Notes: a model not told the origin generated them from the sequence alone. A stretch of DNA of 64,000 nt from Nitrosopumilus sp. (GCA_965204345.1 OZ241981.1:1312001-1376000); one strand, 5' to 3'; positions 20,585-31,302 are shown, counted from the first letter of the stretch. A program made the numbers and translations.

Positions 20585-21352
20585 CTACATCTTTTTCGAA
20601 TCTTTTAATAAATATTCAAAATATTGACGTGCAAATCCTGCCAAACCCGCATGATCTGCCCAAATGGCAACGACCTCTGAGGAATTAATTCCTCCTAATT
20701 CCGGACCTAATAGGATCACAACATATCTTTTGTCTGATATTATACCCCCCCCAAACAGCCCTTTCTTGATTTTTACAGTTGAGACCCTCTTGATTGCCTT
20801 AATTGATTCTTTGTCCATTTTATCTGATGTCAATATTGTAATGTTGACTCCCTTATCATGAAGTGATCTTAATTTTGGCAGTGCCTGTTTGACTAATTCA
20901 ACTCCTGCTTCAGGTAATGCAATCATTACCTCATTTCTACAAGTATCAACCATCTCTAAAATTTTAGCTGCAATATTTACTGCCCCTGATAGTACCCAAA
21001 TATCAGGTCTTTCACTAGTGCCACTTTTTTCATATAATGGAACTAGTTCATTTAAAATTACATTTTGATTTTCTGAAAAATCTGATTCCATTTTCTGTTT
21101 TGTGGTTTCTATTCCCGTTGATGGCGATTTTGCAAAGTATTTTGTCGGCCTTGAATCATCAGAGCCTATCCATCCCTTGTCTTCTAGTGTCCCTAGCACT
21201 TCATAAATTTTTGAATATGGCACTCCTGATTTTTGGCTAAGATCCGATGCTGTTAATTCGCCTGATTTGAGCAATGATGAAAATGTCCTAATTTCATAAC
21301 TTGTAAGACCAATTTTTTCTAGAGCCTTTCTTGTTTTATCTGATATACTCAT
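20585..21352 (-). CDS. TrmB family transcriptional regulator
   Basis: IGLTSYE, SGVPYSKIYEVLGTLEDKG, RPTKY. Confidence 0.92.
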   Translation of the reverse strand: MSISDKTRKALEKIGLTSYEIRTFSSLLKSGELTASDLSQKSGVPYSKIYEVLGTLEDKGWIGSDDSRPTKYFAKSPSTGIETTKQKMESDFSENQNVILNELVPLYEKSGTSERPDIWVLSGAVNIAAKILEMVDTCRNEVMIALPEAGVELVKQALPKLRSLHDKGVNITILTSDKMDKESIKAIKRVSTVKIKKGLFGGGIISDKRYVVILLGPELGGINSSEVVAIWADHAGLAGFARQYFEYLLKDSKKM

Positions 21353-21470
21353 ATGCGATCTTGTCGATCAGTTTTGGTATTTAAATCCAATATGCCTGCT
21401 TACTAAATTACCCCCGGTGGCAAGTATGAAATGGATTATATACTATCTCAGAAAAATTCACATTGTAGGC

Positions 21471-23135
21471 ATGGCATTAATCCAAATATCAAATCAATCA
21501 ACCAAAAATTTAGGCAAAAAATCCACAATTAGATTTACTCAAAGTATCTGTCCTGACTGTAACATGATTTTAGATGCAGAAGTCTTTGAGCGAGATAGCC
21601 AAGTTTTCATGTCAAAAGTCTGTCCGACTCATGGCGAATGTGAGGAATTATACTTTGGTTCTTATGAAATGTACAAGAAATTTAGTACATATTGGATGGA
21701 CGGAAAAGGTGCTCACTCTCCAAATGTAATGATTGACAAATGTTCATGTCCAAATAATTGCGGACTGTGTTCAAACCACTTGTCTCACAGTGGGTTAGCA
21801 AACATGATTGTAACTAACAGATGTGATCTGACATGCTGGTATTGTTTCTTCTATGTAAAGAAGGGTCTTGAAGGCGCCTACATGTATGAGCCGGATCATA
21901 CCCAAGTTAGAGCCATGATGAAGACTCTAAGAGCTGAAAGACCAATTCCAGGAAATTCCATGCAAATTACGGGCGGTGAGCCAATGCTTAGAGAAGATAT
22001 CTCTGATATTATCAAAATAATGAAAGAAGAAGGCGTTGATCATATCCAGATGAACACAAACGGTATTAGACACGCAATGGATCCAGAAGCTGCAAGAGAA
22101 GTAAGACTTGCCGGATGTAACAACCTGTATCTTTCTTTTGATGGTGTGACTGCAAGGACAAACCCAAAGAACCACTGGGAAATTCCATATGCACTTGATA
22201 GCTGCAGAAAAACTGGCACTACGGTTGTATTTGTTCCAACAGTAATCAAATCAATTAATGATCATGAATTAGGCGGAATTATCAGATATGCACAAAAGAA
22301 CATGGATGTGGTTCATGCTGTAAACTTCCAACCTGTATCACTAACTGGCAGAATGGGCAAATCTGAACGTGAAAAATACAGAATTACGGTGCCTGATTGC
22401 GTTCAAAGAATTGAGGAACAGACAAACGGTGAGGTAACTGTTGATGATTGGTTCCCAGTACCAAGCTGTATGCCACTGACAAATGTAATTGAAGCATTTT
22501 CAAGCAAGCCAAAATATGAATTATCAATTCACTTTGCATGTGGTGCAGGAACGTACATCTTTGAGGATGCAGATACCAAAAAGTTTGTACCATTAACCAA
22601 GTTCTGTGACATTCAAGGAATGTTGGAATTATTTGAAGATAAGGCAGAGGAGATTCGTTCTGGTAAAAACAAGTACTTTACAATGCTTGAGGTCGTTAGA
22701 AAACTCAAAGGCTTTGTTGATACAAAGAAGCAACCAGCAGGATTAGATTTGGCAAAAATGTTCGGTAACATCTTGATGAAGAGATCATTTGATTCGGTTG
22801 GTTCATGGCATGTCAAAGGACTATTCCTTGGCATGATGCACTTTCAAGACAAATACAATGAAGACCTTGAAAGATTGCAGAGATGTGATATCCATTATGT
22901 AACTCCTGATCTCAGGATAGTCCCATTTTGTGCATTTAATGTGATTCCCGAATGGTACAGAGACAGAATACAAAAGAAATATTCTATCACTGTGGAGGAA
23001 TGGGAGGAAAGAGAGGGTGTCAAATTAGAAGACGGTCTTTACAGAGGTCTTATGAGACGCGGAGCAGGTGACGAACTTGCTGCTGGCTGTGCAAAGAGTC
23101 AGATGTTCCATGATGCAGCACAGGCAACAATGTAA
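21471..23135 (+). CDS. tes: Tetraether lipid synthase Tes (GDGT-MAS), radical SAM
   Basis: N-terminal CPDC...CPTHG, CPNNCGLC, CDLTCWYC radical-SAM motif, HFACG and RCDIHY...PFCAFN as in the MJ0619/Tes family. Confidence 0.9.
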   Translation: MALIQISNQSTKNLGKKSTIRFTQSICPDCNMILDAEVFERDSQVFMSKVCPTHGECEELYFGSYEMYKKFSTYWMDGKGAHSPNVMIDKCSCPNNCGLCSNHLSHSGLANMIVTNRCDLTCWYCFFYVKKGLEGAYMYEPDHTQVRAMMKTLRAERPIPGNSMQITGGEPMLREDISDIIKIMKEEGVDHIQMNTNGIRHAMDPEAAREVRLAGCNNLYLSFDGVTARTNPKNHWEIPYALDSCRKTGTTVVFVPTVIKSINDHELGGIIRYAQKNMDVVHAVNFQPVSLTGRMGKSEREKYRITVPDCVQRIEEQTNGEVTVDDWFPVPSCMPLTNVIEAFSSKPKYELSIHFACGAGTYIFEDADTKKFVPLTKFCDIQGMLELFEDKAEEIRSGKNKYFTMLEVVRKLKGFVDTKKQPAGLDLAKMFGNILMKRSFDSVGSWHVKGLFLGMMHFQDKYNEDLERLQRCDIHYVTPDLRIVPFCAFNVIPEWYRDRIQKKYSITVEEWEEREGVKLEDGLYRGLMRRGAGDELAAGCAKSQMFHDAAQATM

Positions 23136-23149
23136 AAGGAAATATTTTC

Positions 23150-23261
23150 TAGTTTTTCACCTTTTTCAATAGATTTTAAAAATTTTCCAAGACCATCAAC
23201 TTCTTTTGAAGATGCCCTTACGAAAATCATACCATTGTCGTCTAAACCAAGTATCATTCAT
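23150..23261 (-). pseudogene. Internally deleted remnant of a small thaumarchaeal membrane-protein gene
   Basis: MNDTWFRRQWYDFRKG joined out of frame to ASSKEVDGLGKFLKSIEKG. These resemble, from memory, the two ends of a conserved AOA hypothetical protein; the hydrophobic middle is missing. Confidence 0.4.
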
Positions 23262-23332
23262 GTTTGCTAGTAAACTAAAACAGAATTAAGAACTGCCTAG
23301 TTTGTTTTTTTAATTTTTAGATGATGTAGAAT

Positions 23333-24373
23333 CTATTTTTCCCCATTAACGCTATATCCACTCTCAATTTCGTTAAAATGAATGATTTTTAATTTAATGT
23401 CTTTAAACCATCTTCTGACTTCTTCTTCTGAGTGTCTATATGCAAATTTTGGAAAATACCAATCATAATTTGTTGCAACACTTTGATCAAAAGGCACATC
23501 TGGAGACCACCAACATTTTAAAAAATTCCAATACAAAAATCGTTGAACATCATATGTGCCCGCTTTTATTTTTAATAATGGAATATCATCCGTTATTGTA
23601 ATTTTCTTTTTTAATTGAGATAAATTTTTTCCTAATAATGCCATGCTTTTTGAAAATTCCATGCATTGTTTTTCAGTCATAGTTACTGTCGACTCTCTTA
23701 TGTGATCATCTGCAAATTCACGTAATGGCCCTTTTTTCCTGTATACGTAGATTGAAATCAAACCCTTTTTCACTAATAGCTTTGCAAGCATTTTGAATGA
23801 AGATTCTGTATCCTTGGTATGATGCAATACTTGATCAGAACAAATAAAATCAAAGAAATTTTTTCTGAATGGCAATTTTCTAATATCTGCTTGTAAAAAG
23901 TGAATATTTTTTATTTTGTGATATTTTTTATAGGCATATTCTACACTTTCACTTGCATCAATTGCAAATACTTGAGCGTTTGGATTTGATGAAAATAATC
24001 TTGCACTATTTCCAACGCCGGTACCTGCATCAAGAATTTTTGAGCGGGTTTTCAAAAAACTATCCAATTTTGAAATGGTGTTCCAACCAAATCTCTCCAA
24101 AAACCATTTTTTCTGACCTTCAACCCATTTTTTATTATGATATGTTTTGTTAAAATATCTCCATTTGGATGAAAATGCATCTTCTGTTTTTACAAAATCT
24201 TGCTGCTTATCTGAAACTAAACGTGGAATGCCCCCAATTATTAAAAAACTGTGTTTTTTAGTACAAGTGAGGCTGCCTTCGATGATCTCTTCTTTTTCTT
24301 TTTTCTTAATTTTAAGAGAAAAATCAGTGCGGCATTCCGGACAAATTATCTGTTCTATTAATTTTATCTTCAT
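23333..24373 (-). CDS. Class I SAM methyltransferase with N-terminal Trm112-like domain
   Basis: CPEC...LTC...F.I..GIPRL at the N-terminus; LDAGTGVG; FDFICSDQVLHH. Confidence 0.88.
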   Translation of the reverse strand: MKIKLIEQIICPECRTDFSLKIKKKEKEEIIEGSLTCTKKHSFLIIGGIPRLVSDKQQDFVKTEDAFSSKWRYFNKTYHNKKWVEGQKKWFLERFGWNTISKLDSFLKTRSKILDAGTGVGNSARLFSSNPNAQVFAIDASESVEYAYKKYHKIKNIHFLQADIRKLPFRKNFFDFICSDQVLHHTKDTESSFKMLAKLLVKKGLISIYVYRKKGPLREFADDHIRESTVTMTEKQCMEFSKSMALLGKNLSQLKKKITITDDIPLLKIKAGTYDVQRFLYWNFLKCWWSPDVPFDQSVATNYDWYFPKFAYRHSEEEVRRWFKDIKLKIIHFNEIESGYSVNGEK

Positions 24374-24443
24374 TTAACAGCCTAAAAATTGCAGATAAAT
24401 AAAAATTAGCTGAAGTTAATTTTGAGTCAGTAACAAAAATATT

Positions 24444-25664
24444 TTAAACTGAAAGTTTTGTTTCAGAATTCATTTCATTTGTTACAAAAATTCTAAACCA
24501 TACTTCAAAAGCAAGTAATCCTAGAAATTTATTGACATATCTGACATCATCCAAATTTTCTTTAAGGTGTGTTTCAACCCATTTTTTGCTGATCCAATCA
24601 TTCTCAGATATATTGCCATGCACAACATATTTTTCACATAATTTGAATCCGTATTTTCTCCATAGATTGACAGTATTTACAGAAAAACCTTGTTTTTTAG
24701 GATTTATCAAATCTAGTTTGACATACTTTGACAAAATTTCCCTCAATGGAATTTTTCCAACACCACTATCTGGATTGTATTTTAATCTTGACTCTAAATG
24801 AGAAGCAAAAGTAATGATGTCGTTATTCAATAATGGCGTTACGGATTTTATTTTAAAATAATCATAAAAAGCGGAATTAATCGGCTTGAAATTAAATAAT
24901 AGTTTACCGTTGTAATCTGCCAACAACACTTTTTCTAAATCTCCAAGCGAATTTTCAAAATATGGTCTTAAAATTTGATAAATTTTTTCCCAAGAAAATC
25001 CAATTTTTGAACCAAACAATTTCTCTTGATCCGGGACCCAGTCTCTTTCATGACAGTTCAGATATGCTATGGTCTTTTCTTTCCAATTCCATTTTTCAGA
25101 AATTAATGAAAAATACTTTTGATATCTGAACACATAGCCTCCAAAAAGTTCATCTCCTCCATCACCAGAAACTAAATAATCAGAAATTGATTTTGCTTTT
25201 TTAACTATGTGATACCAGTGTAAATCCCAAAATGGCTGTTTTGTTATGTATATTGATTTAGGTAATTCAACTAGAAAATTATCTAGACTTATTATTTCAT
25301 GAGATACTCCAAAATGCTTGGCAATATTTGCAGCATAGCTAGTTTCATCCATACTGTCTGAAAATCTCATAGAAATGGCATTGATTTCTAGTTGAGGAAA
25401 ACTTTTTTGAAATAAAGCAAGCATCAGGGTTGAATCAATACCTGCACTCAAAGCAATTGATATCTTTTTGACATCTTCTTGAAGACTTTTTTTAATCGAT
25501 TTGACTAGGTTTTCTTCTACTGAATCTGCCGAATAGTTCTTTTTTATAGGTTGAAAATCCTTCCACGTTAATTTTGGAAGCTGTGGTTTAGAGTCATAGT
25601 TGTACCTTAAAGTTAGGATGCTTGAAATAGATTCTGAAGATAATTTTAAATTAGATTTTTCCAC
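24444..25664 (-). CDS. Asparagine-synthase-type amidotransferase, synthetase domain only
   Basis: ALSAGIDS, SGDGGDELFGGY, KIPLREIL, KKQGF; no N-terminal Cys glutaminase domain. Confidence 0.88.
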   Translation of the reverse strand: MEKSNLKLSSESISSILTLRYNYDSKPQLPKLTWKDFQPIKKNYSADSVEENLVKSIKKSLQEDVKKISIALSAGIDSTLMLALFQKSFPQLEINAISMRFSDSMDETSYAANIAKHFGVSHEIISLDNFLVELPKSIYITKQPFWDLHWYHIVKKAKSISDYLVSGDGGDELFGGYVFRYQKYFSLISEKWNWKEKTIAYLNCHERDWVPDQEKLFGSKIGFSWEKIYQILRPYFENSLGDLEKVLLADYNGKLLFNFKPINSAFYDYFKIKSVTPLLNNDIITFASHLESRLKYNPDSGVGKIPLREILSKYVKLDLINPKKQGFSVNTVNLWRKYGFKLCEKYVVHGNISENDWISKKWVETHLKENLDDVRYVNKFLGLLAFEVWFRIFVTNEMNSETKLSV

Positions 25665-27030
25665 GTCCCAATCCTCTGAAAATCAATCCTGCTTTTTTAG
25701 CAACATGATCATCGATTATTCCTCTAGAATCAATAAGAATTGGCGTATTCATCTTTTTTCTTAAATTTTCAAGATCTAACTCAAAAAATTCTTTATGTGC
25801 AGTGACTAATATTATTGCATCTACGCTTGATATTGCATCATCTAAGTTGGTTTCAGTCTGAATACCGTAGATATTCATAGATTTGAAATATGGGTCATAA
25901 ATTTTAACATCTGCTTCTAACTCTTGAAGTTTTGAAACTATCATTTCTGCTGGAGCTAATTGAATATCCTTGACATTTGGCTTGTATGATATTCCTAAAA
26001 CAAGAATTTTTGATAAGCTCAATTTCTTCCCCATCTCCTTAAATGTATCTTGTAAAAGTTCAACCACATGAAATGGCATAAATTCGTTAATTTCACGGGC
26101 AACTTTTACTATTTTCAATAGTCCATCTTGAACTCCTTTTGCTGAATTTAGCATTTGGTATGAATTTACTGGCAAACACGGTCCACCAACACCAGCACCA
26201 GGATGATGTATTTGAAAATTATATTTTTTATCTGCAGCATCAAGAACAGTTAAAATATCTATTCCTAACTTTTCATAAAGTAAAGCAAGTTCATTTACAA
26301 ATGCGATATTAACATCTCGAAAAACATTTGTAGTTAGTTTTACAGCATTAGCAGTCTTACAATTAGGCATTTGAATTAAATCTACTGGAAATACATGTTT
26401 GTATATCTCCATAATTATGTCTCTAGTTTTTTTATCTGTTGCACCAACCAGACGGGGCAAATTTTCAAAATCCCGCATAATCTCTCCTGGGTTTGCTGTT
26501 TCAGGACAGACTCCCAAACCAAAATTTGTACCTGCTTTTAATTTTTTTGAACCTCCTTCCAATATGTTGATAAAATCTTTTTCAATAAAACCTGGTTCTA
26601 TAGTACTTTCCACGATTAAAATTGTTCCGGGATTCATCAAGTCTTTGAGTTGATTGCCAACATTTCTTATGGCAGTATAATCTGGAACATTTTGCTTATT
26701 CATTGGGGTAGGTAAAGACAGTACAAGAATATCTGATTTTAAAATCCCCTCCTCTATTTTTGTTGTAGCAATAAATTTTTTATTATTAATCACATCGGAA
26801 AAAACCTCATTATATCCTGGTTCGTCTTTTAATGGATAATCTTTTTGATTTATTCTATCAACTAGTTTTTCATTAATATCCATCCCAATTGTATCCAAGC
26901 CAGATTTTGCAAAGGATAATGCAGTGGGTAATCCTATTCTACCTATCCCTATTACGCCCACAATGACTTGATTATTGGCTATCTCATTCTGAATCTTTTC
27001 AAAATCTATGGAAAAAATATTCTTATTCAT
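25651..27030 (-). CDS. UDP-N-acetylhexosamine 6-dehydrogenase (WecC/WbpA family)
   Basis: GIGRIG, LPTP, ESTIEPG, GAGVGGPC, LGISYKPNVKD. Confidence 0.93.
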   Translation of the reverse strand: MNKNIFSIDFEKIQNEIANNQVIVGVIGIGRIGLPTALSFAKSGLDTIGMDINEKLVDRINQKDYPLKDEPGYNEVFSDVINNKKFIATTKIEEGILKSDILVLSLPTPMNKQNVPDYTAIRNVGNQLKDLMNPGTILIVESTIEPGFIEKDFINILEGGSKKLKAGTNFGLGVCPETANPGEIMRDFENLPRLVGATDKKTRDIIMEIYKHVFPVDLIQMPNCKTANAVKLTTNVFRDVNIAFVNELALLYEKLGIDILTVLDAADKKYNFQIHHPGAGVGGPCLPVNSYQMLNSAKGVQDGLLKIVKVAREINEFMPFHVVELLQDTFKEMGKKLSLSKILVLGISYKPNVKDIQLAPAEMIVSKLQELEADVKIYDPYFKSMNIYGIQTETNLDDAISSVDAIILVTAHKEFFELDLENLRKKMNTPILIDSRGIIDDHVAKKAGLIFRGLGRGKI

Positions 27031-27130
27031 TACTATTCCTTATTTTTTTGCATTAATGCTTTTATTTAATTCATCAATAATTAGTATAATCATATGAAAA
27101 CTTAAAGAACAAATAATTTTCATCAAATCT

Positions 27131-28027
27131 ATGCGTTTTGTAGTAACAGGCGGTGCAGGTTTTATTGGAAGTCATCTATCAAAACTTCTTGTTTCACAAG
27201 GACATTCAGTTACTGTCATTGACAATCTATTTCGTGGACGTATGGAAAATCTTGAAACTATTCTAGATAAGATCAAGTTTCTGAATTTGGATATACTTGA
27301 TTATGAGAATCTACAAAAAAATCTTAAAAACATTGATGGTGTTTTCCATCAAGCTGCACTTACATCAGTCCCAGAATCATATGTTAGGGAAGATGAATAC
27401 AAGTCAATTAATGTAACGGGAACAGAAAATATTTTCAAAATAGCACATAAAAATAATTTCAAAGTTGTTTATGCTAGCAGTTCAAGCGTGTATGGAGACG
27501 CATCTATACTTCCAATTAAAGAAAATTCTGAAAAAAAACCAATTAATCCTTATGGCTTTACAAAACTTGAGGATGAATTTTTATCTGACAAGTATTCAAA
27601 AATAGGAACACAAATTATTGGATTAAGATATTTTAATGTTTTTGGTAAAGGTCAAACTTTGGATTATGCTGGCGTAATTACAAAATTTTTGGAAAATATT
27701 GCAAATGACAAATCCCCCGTAATTTTTGGTACCGGTTCACAGTCTCGCGATTTTATTTTTGTTAAAGATGTAGCAAATGCTAATCTTGCAGCAATGCTTA
27801 GTTCTATAGAACATGGATTTTTTAATGTTGGCACAGGCAAAGTTGCTTCCATTGAAGAGCTTGCAAATCTGATGATAAAAATTTCTGGCAAATCATTGGA
27901 TCCTGTATTTGATAAACTACCTAAAGGAGATATAAAATCAAGCCAATCTGATATATCACTTGCAAAAAAATATCTTTCTTGGGAGCCTGAAACAAGTTTA
28001 GAAGATGGTCTTTCCACATTATTTTAA
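27131..28027 (+). CDS. NAD-dependent nucleotide-sugar epimerase/dehydratase (GalE/WbpP-like)
   Basis: TGGAGFIG, ASSSSVYG, YGFTK, LRYFNVFG. Confidence 0.95.
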   Translation: MRFVVTGGAGFIGSHLSKLLVSQGHSVTVIDNLFRGRMENLETILDKIKFLNLDILDYENLQKNLKNIDGVFHQAALTSVPESYVREDEYKSINVTGTENIFKIAHKNNFKVVYASSSSVYGDASILPIKENSEKKPINPYGFTKLEDEFLSDKYSKIGTQIIGLRYFNVFGKGQTLDYAGVITKFLENIANDKSPVIFGTGSQSRDFIFVKDVANANLAAMLSSIEHGFFNVGTGKVASIEELANLMIKISGKSLDPVFDKLPKGDIKSSQSDISLAKKYLSWEPETSLEDGLSTLF

Positions 28028-28037
28028 GAATTTGCTC

Positions 28038-28991
28038 TCAAGATTTCATTAAATCTTCATAAAATTGTACATATTTTTGTAATAGTGTATCCCAAGTCAG
28101 ATTTTTCATCACAAAATCATATCCATTCTGAGTAAATTTTTCTACAGTTTCTTTATCAGTTAACAAATGATTTATCGCATCTATTAATTCTCCATTGTTA
28201 TTTGATGAAACTAAAATACCATTTCCCCCATCTGTTATTAATTCTGGAATGCCGCCTACTCTAGTAGCTATTATGGGTACTTTAAGATAGAATGCCTCTT
28301 TGATTACTTGTGGAATGCTTTCCATTCGTGATGGAATTACTATCAATGACGATTCTTTTAATTTAATCATGGCATCTTCCCAACTTTCATTTGTACAATA
28401 AACAACATTTCCATTAAGATTTGATTCAATTTGCTTTAAGACATCTATTCCTTTTTCATAACTATCCCTACCAATGTATATGATCTGTTTTTCTTTTTTA
28501 ACAACTTTGGGCAAATTTTTGAATTTTTGAACATCTAATGGCGCATAAATGCATTCAAAATCAACATCTAATTTTTCTTTATATTGTTTCTGCACTGTTT
28601 TTGAATCTGTAGTTAATTTGTCTGCCCAAGTAAGAACTTTTGATTCCACAACTTTAGCTACTGATCCTATTGTTTTTGAATGTAATATGCCTACTTGCTC
28701 TGAGTACATTCCATGTACAGAAAGAACTTTTTTCTTTGATTTGGCGTATTTCATGGCAAAAGCTGACGGTATGTTAAATGCATGTACGACATCATATTCT
28801 TCTTTCCCAAAAATTGCTTTTAATGTACTAAATAGAGCAAAGCTAGGATTCTTCAGTTTTTTAATTGGGATTGACGAGATGTGCATTAAGTTTATCTCAA
28901 ATCCATAATCTCTAAGCTTTTCAGCAACTCTTGCTGCATGCCCTCCAATCCCTCCTTCATATCTTGGTGCAATAAATAAAATTTTCAACAT
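28038..28991 (-). CDS. Glycosyltransferase family 4
   Basis: GGIG, IGR..YEKG, PSRMESIPQVIKEA (Ex7E). Confidence 0.92.
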   Translation of the reverse strand: MLKILFIAPRYEGGIGGHAARVAEKLRDYGFEINLMHISSIPIKKLKNPSFALFSTLKAIFGKEEYDVVHAFNIPSAFAMKYAKSKKKVLSVHGMYSEQVGILHSKTIGSVAKVVESKVLTWADKLTTDSKTVQKQYKEKLDVDFECIYAPLDVQKFKNLPKVVKKEKQIIYIGRDSYEKGIDVLKQIESNLNGNVVYCTNESWEDAMIKLKESSLIVIPSRMESIPQVIKEAFYLKVPIIATRVGGIPELITDGGNGILVSSNNNGELIDAINHLLTDKETVEKFTQNGYDFVMKNLTWDTLLQKYVQFYEDLMKS

Positions 28992-29092
28992 ATAATCACG
29001 TGGGCTTCTAATTCTAAGAATATTTACTTGTATATGATAAATTTTCTCTACAATAATTAATAATAAGTTCCAAATTCAAATATTTTCATATA

Positions 29093-30163
29093 ATGAAAAC
29101 TGCTATTGTGATGGGAACTAGACCTGAAATCATAAAACTAGCCCCAGTTATCTCTCTTTTACCTAAAGGAAAAACTTCAATTATTTTCACAGGGCAACAT
29201 TTTGACTATGATATGGGTTTAAAATTCATAGATCAGTTGGGAATAAGAAGGCCGGATTATGCATTAAAAATAGCAAGAAATAATCCAAGTATTCAGATGG
29301 GTCAAATTATTATAAAATTATCGAAAATTCTTGCAGATCTAAAACCTGATTCTGTTATAGTTCAAGGAGATACTAATACTGTATTGGCGTCTGCAATTTG
29401 TTCTTTAAAATCAGGAATACCTGTTAGTCATGTTGAATCTGGATTAAGAAGTTTTGATTGGAGAATGCCTGAAGAACATAACAGAATCGCAACAGATCAC
29501 ATTTCTGAATTACTCTTTGCTCCAACTGACATGGCAAAAAATAATTTGATTTCAGAAAAAGTTCATGGAAAAAGTTTTGTTACGGGGAACACTGTTATTG
29601 ATGCTGTAAACAAATTCTCTAAAATTTCATCAATCAAATCTGATCTTCCTGTTGCATTAGATGATTTCATTCTATTTACATTACATAGAGCAGAAAATGT
29701 AGATAACAAAAAAATAATATCTTCTATAATTAAGGGTATAATTAATTCAAATGAGAATATTGTTTTTCCAATACATCCTAGAACAAAAAAACGTCTTCAT
29801 GAATTTGGCTTATACGATAAATTGTCTCAAAATAAAAATATTCAAATTCTTGACTCTATAGGATATTTTGATATCCTTGAACTAATGAAAAACTGTAGTT
29901 TTATTATAACTGATTCAGGTGGAATTCAAGAAGAGGCTACTTCACATGTAATTAGAAAGAAGGTATTGGTTGTAAGAAAAACAACTGATAGGCCTGAAGC
30001 CGTTGAGACTAAAATGGCTGAAATTATTAGATTAAATGAAAAAAATATCTCAAAATTGATTAAAAAAACCATGAAAAATCCTAAACTTTCTTCTAGAAAA
30101 GCACCCTATGGAAGAGGTGATGCAAGTAATAAAATTTTGAAGATTTTACAAAAGAATTTTTAG
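29093..30163 (+). CDS. wecB: UDP-N-acetylglucosamine 2-epimerase (non-hydrolysing)
   Basis: GTRPEIIK, TGQH, QGDT, HVESGLRS, PEEHNR, TDSGGIQEEA. Confidence 0.96.
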   Translation: MKTAIVMGTRPEIIKLAPVISLLPKGKTSIIFTGQHFDYDMGLKFIDQLGIRRPDYALKIARNNPSIQMGQIIIKLSKILADLKPDSVIVQGDTNTVLASAICSLKSGIPVSHVESGLRSFDWRMPEEHNRIATDHISELLFAPTDMAKNNLISEKVHGKSFVTGNTVIDAVNKFSKISSIKSDLPVALDDFILFTLHRAENVDNKKIISSIIKGIINSNENIVFPIHPRTKKRLHEFGLYDKLSQNKNIQILDSIGYFDILELMKNCSFIITDSGGIQEEATSHVIRKKVLVVRKTTDRPEAVETKMAEIIRLNEKNISKLIKKTMKNPKLSSRKAPYGRGDASNKILKILQKNF

Positions 30164-31302
30164 AGTGTCTTGGCCTCTTCTATAATGGATTTTACTACAT
30201 TATTCCACGAAAATTTTTGAACCATTTCTGATGACTGAATTCCCATACTCTCAACTTTGTTTGGCTGATCAAGTAACAAAATAATTTTTTCTGCTAATTC
30301 ACTTGCATTTTCAATGAAATATCCATTTTTTCCATTTTCTAAAACATCTTTGGGAAGTGTTCCTTTTTGAGCTATTATGGGAAGTGAGACTGCCATATAT
30401 TCTAGAACTTTTATTGGAAGAGCTCTTGATGTCACATCTGTTAATCTTAGCGGTCCTATGCCAATTGAAGCGTCTGAAATGTTTTCAGGAATTTGTTCTC
30501 TTTTAATCCATCCCTTAAATTCAACTGATTTATCTAATTTATTCTCCAAAGCAATTTCCTTTAATTTATCCATCTCTGCACCGCTTCCTAACAAAACAAA
30601 TTTTGCATCAGGGATTTTTTTAATTACTGATGGAATTGCTTCAAGTAAAATATCTAATCCTCTATGATAATACATTGCTCCGGCAAAAACTATCTTCTTT
30701 GGATTTTTTTCAGCTACAATATCAAATAAAGATAAATCCACACCGTTTGGAATTATTAAAATTTTTTCTGATTTTACACCATATTCATCGATAACAATTT
30801 TTTTTGTGTCATTATTTGAAACAAGAATTTTAGTTCCAGATCTAAGAGTCTTTCCATTAATCATTTTTTCAATCTTTCGTTGTAATGATTTGATTCCTGA
30901 TGCTTTTTCATAAATAGCATCGTCTATTTTTATAATTGATGGAATGCCTAATTCCTTTGCAGCTTCTACAGCAGATTTTGGAACTAGATGAAATGGATGA
31001 AATATTGTAAAAACAAAATCAAACTGATTTGATTTTCCTATTTTTATGGCCATCTTTTTAATATTAGATTGGCATCGTCTTGCAGCTATCTTGATTTTAG
31101 TTCTTGAGGGTGTTTCTGTTCGTATGATTTTGATTTTTGAGTTTATCTTAGGATTAAACTGTTCTCCATTCCAGTCAAGCTCCGGTGTGATTACTGTTAC
31201 ATCATTTCCCAACTCAGCAAATTTGTTAATAATATCAGTAATCACTACAACTCCTCCTCCACTAATTGGTGGAAAATGAAATACTAGGACTAGAATTTTC
31301 AC
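30160..31302 (-). CDS. Glycosyltransferase family 4
   Basis: FPPISGGG, IPNGVD, LPIKVLEYMA. Confidence 0.92.
   Translation of the reverse strand: MKILVLVFHFPPISGGGVVVITDIINKFAELGNDVTVITPELDWNGEQFNPKINSKIKIIRTETPSRTKIKIAARRCQSNIKKMAIKIGKSNQFDFVFTIFHPFHLVPKSAVEAAKELGIPSIIKIDDAIYEKASGIKSLQRKIEKMINGKTLRSGTKILVSNNDTKKIVIDEYGVKSEKILIIPNGVDLSLFDIVAEKNPKKIVFAGAMYYHRGLDILLEAIPSVIKKIPDAKFVLLGSGAEMDKLKEIALENKLDKSVEFKGWIKREQIPENISDASIGIGPLRLTDVTSRALPIKVLEYMAVSLPIIAQKGTLPKDVLENGKNGYFIENASELAEKIILLLDQPNKVESMGIQSSEMVQKFSWNNVVKSIIEEAKTL

Noticed and set aside
20745-20752. C8 tract in trmB as a phase-variation switch
   Set aside because: In frame, encoding a Gly-Gly-Gly segment of an intact regulator; no evidence of slippage
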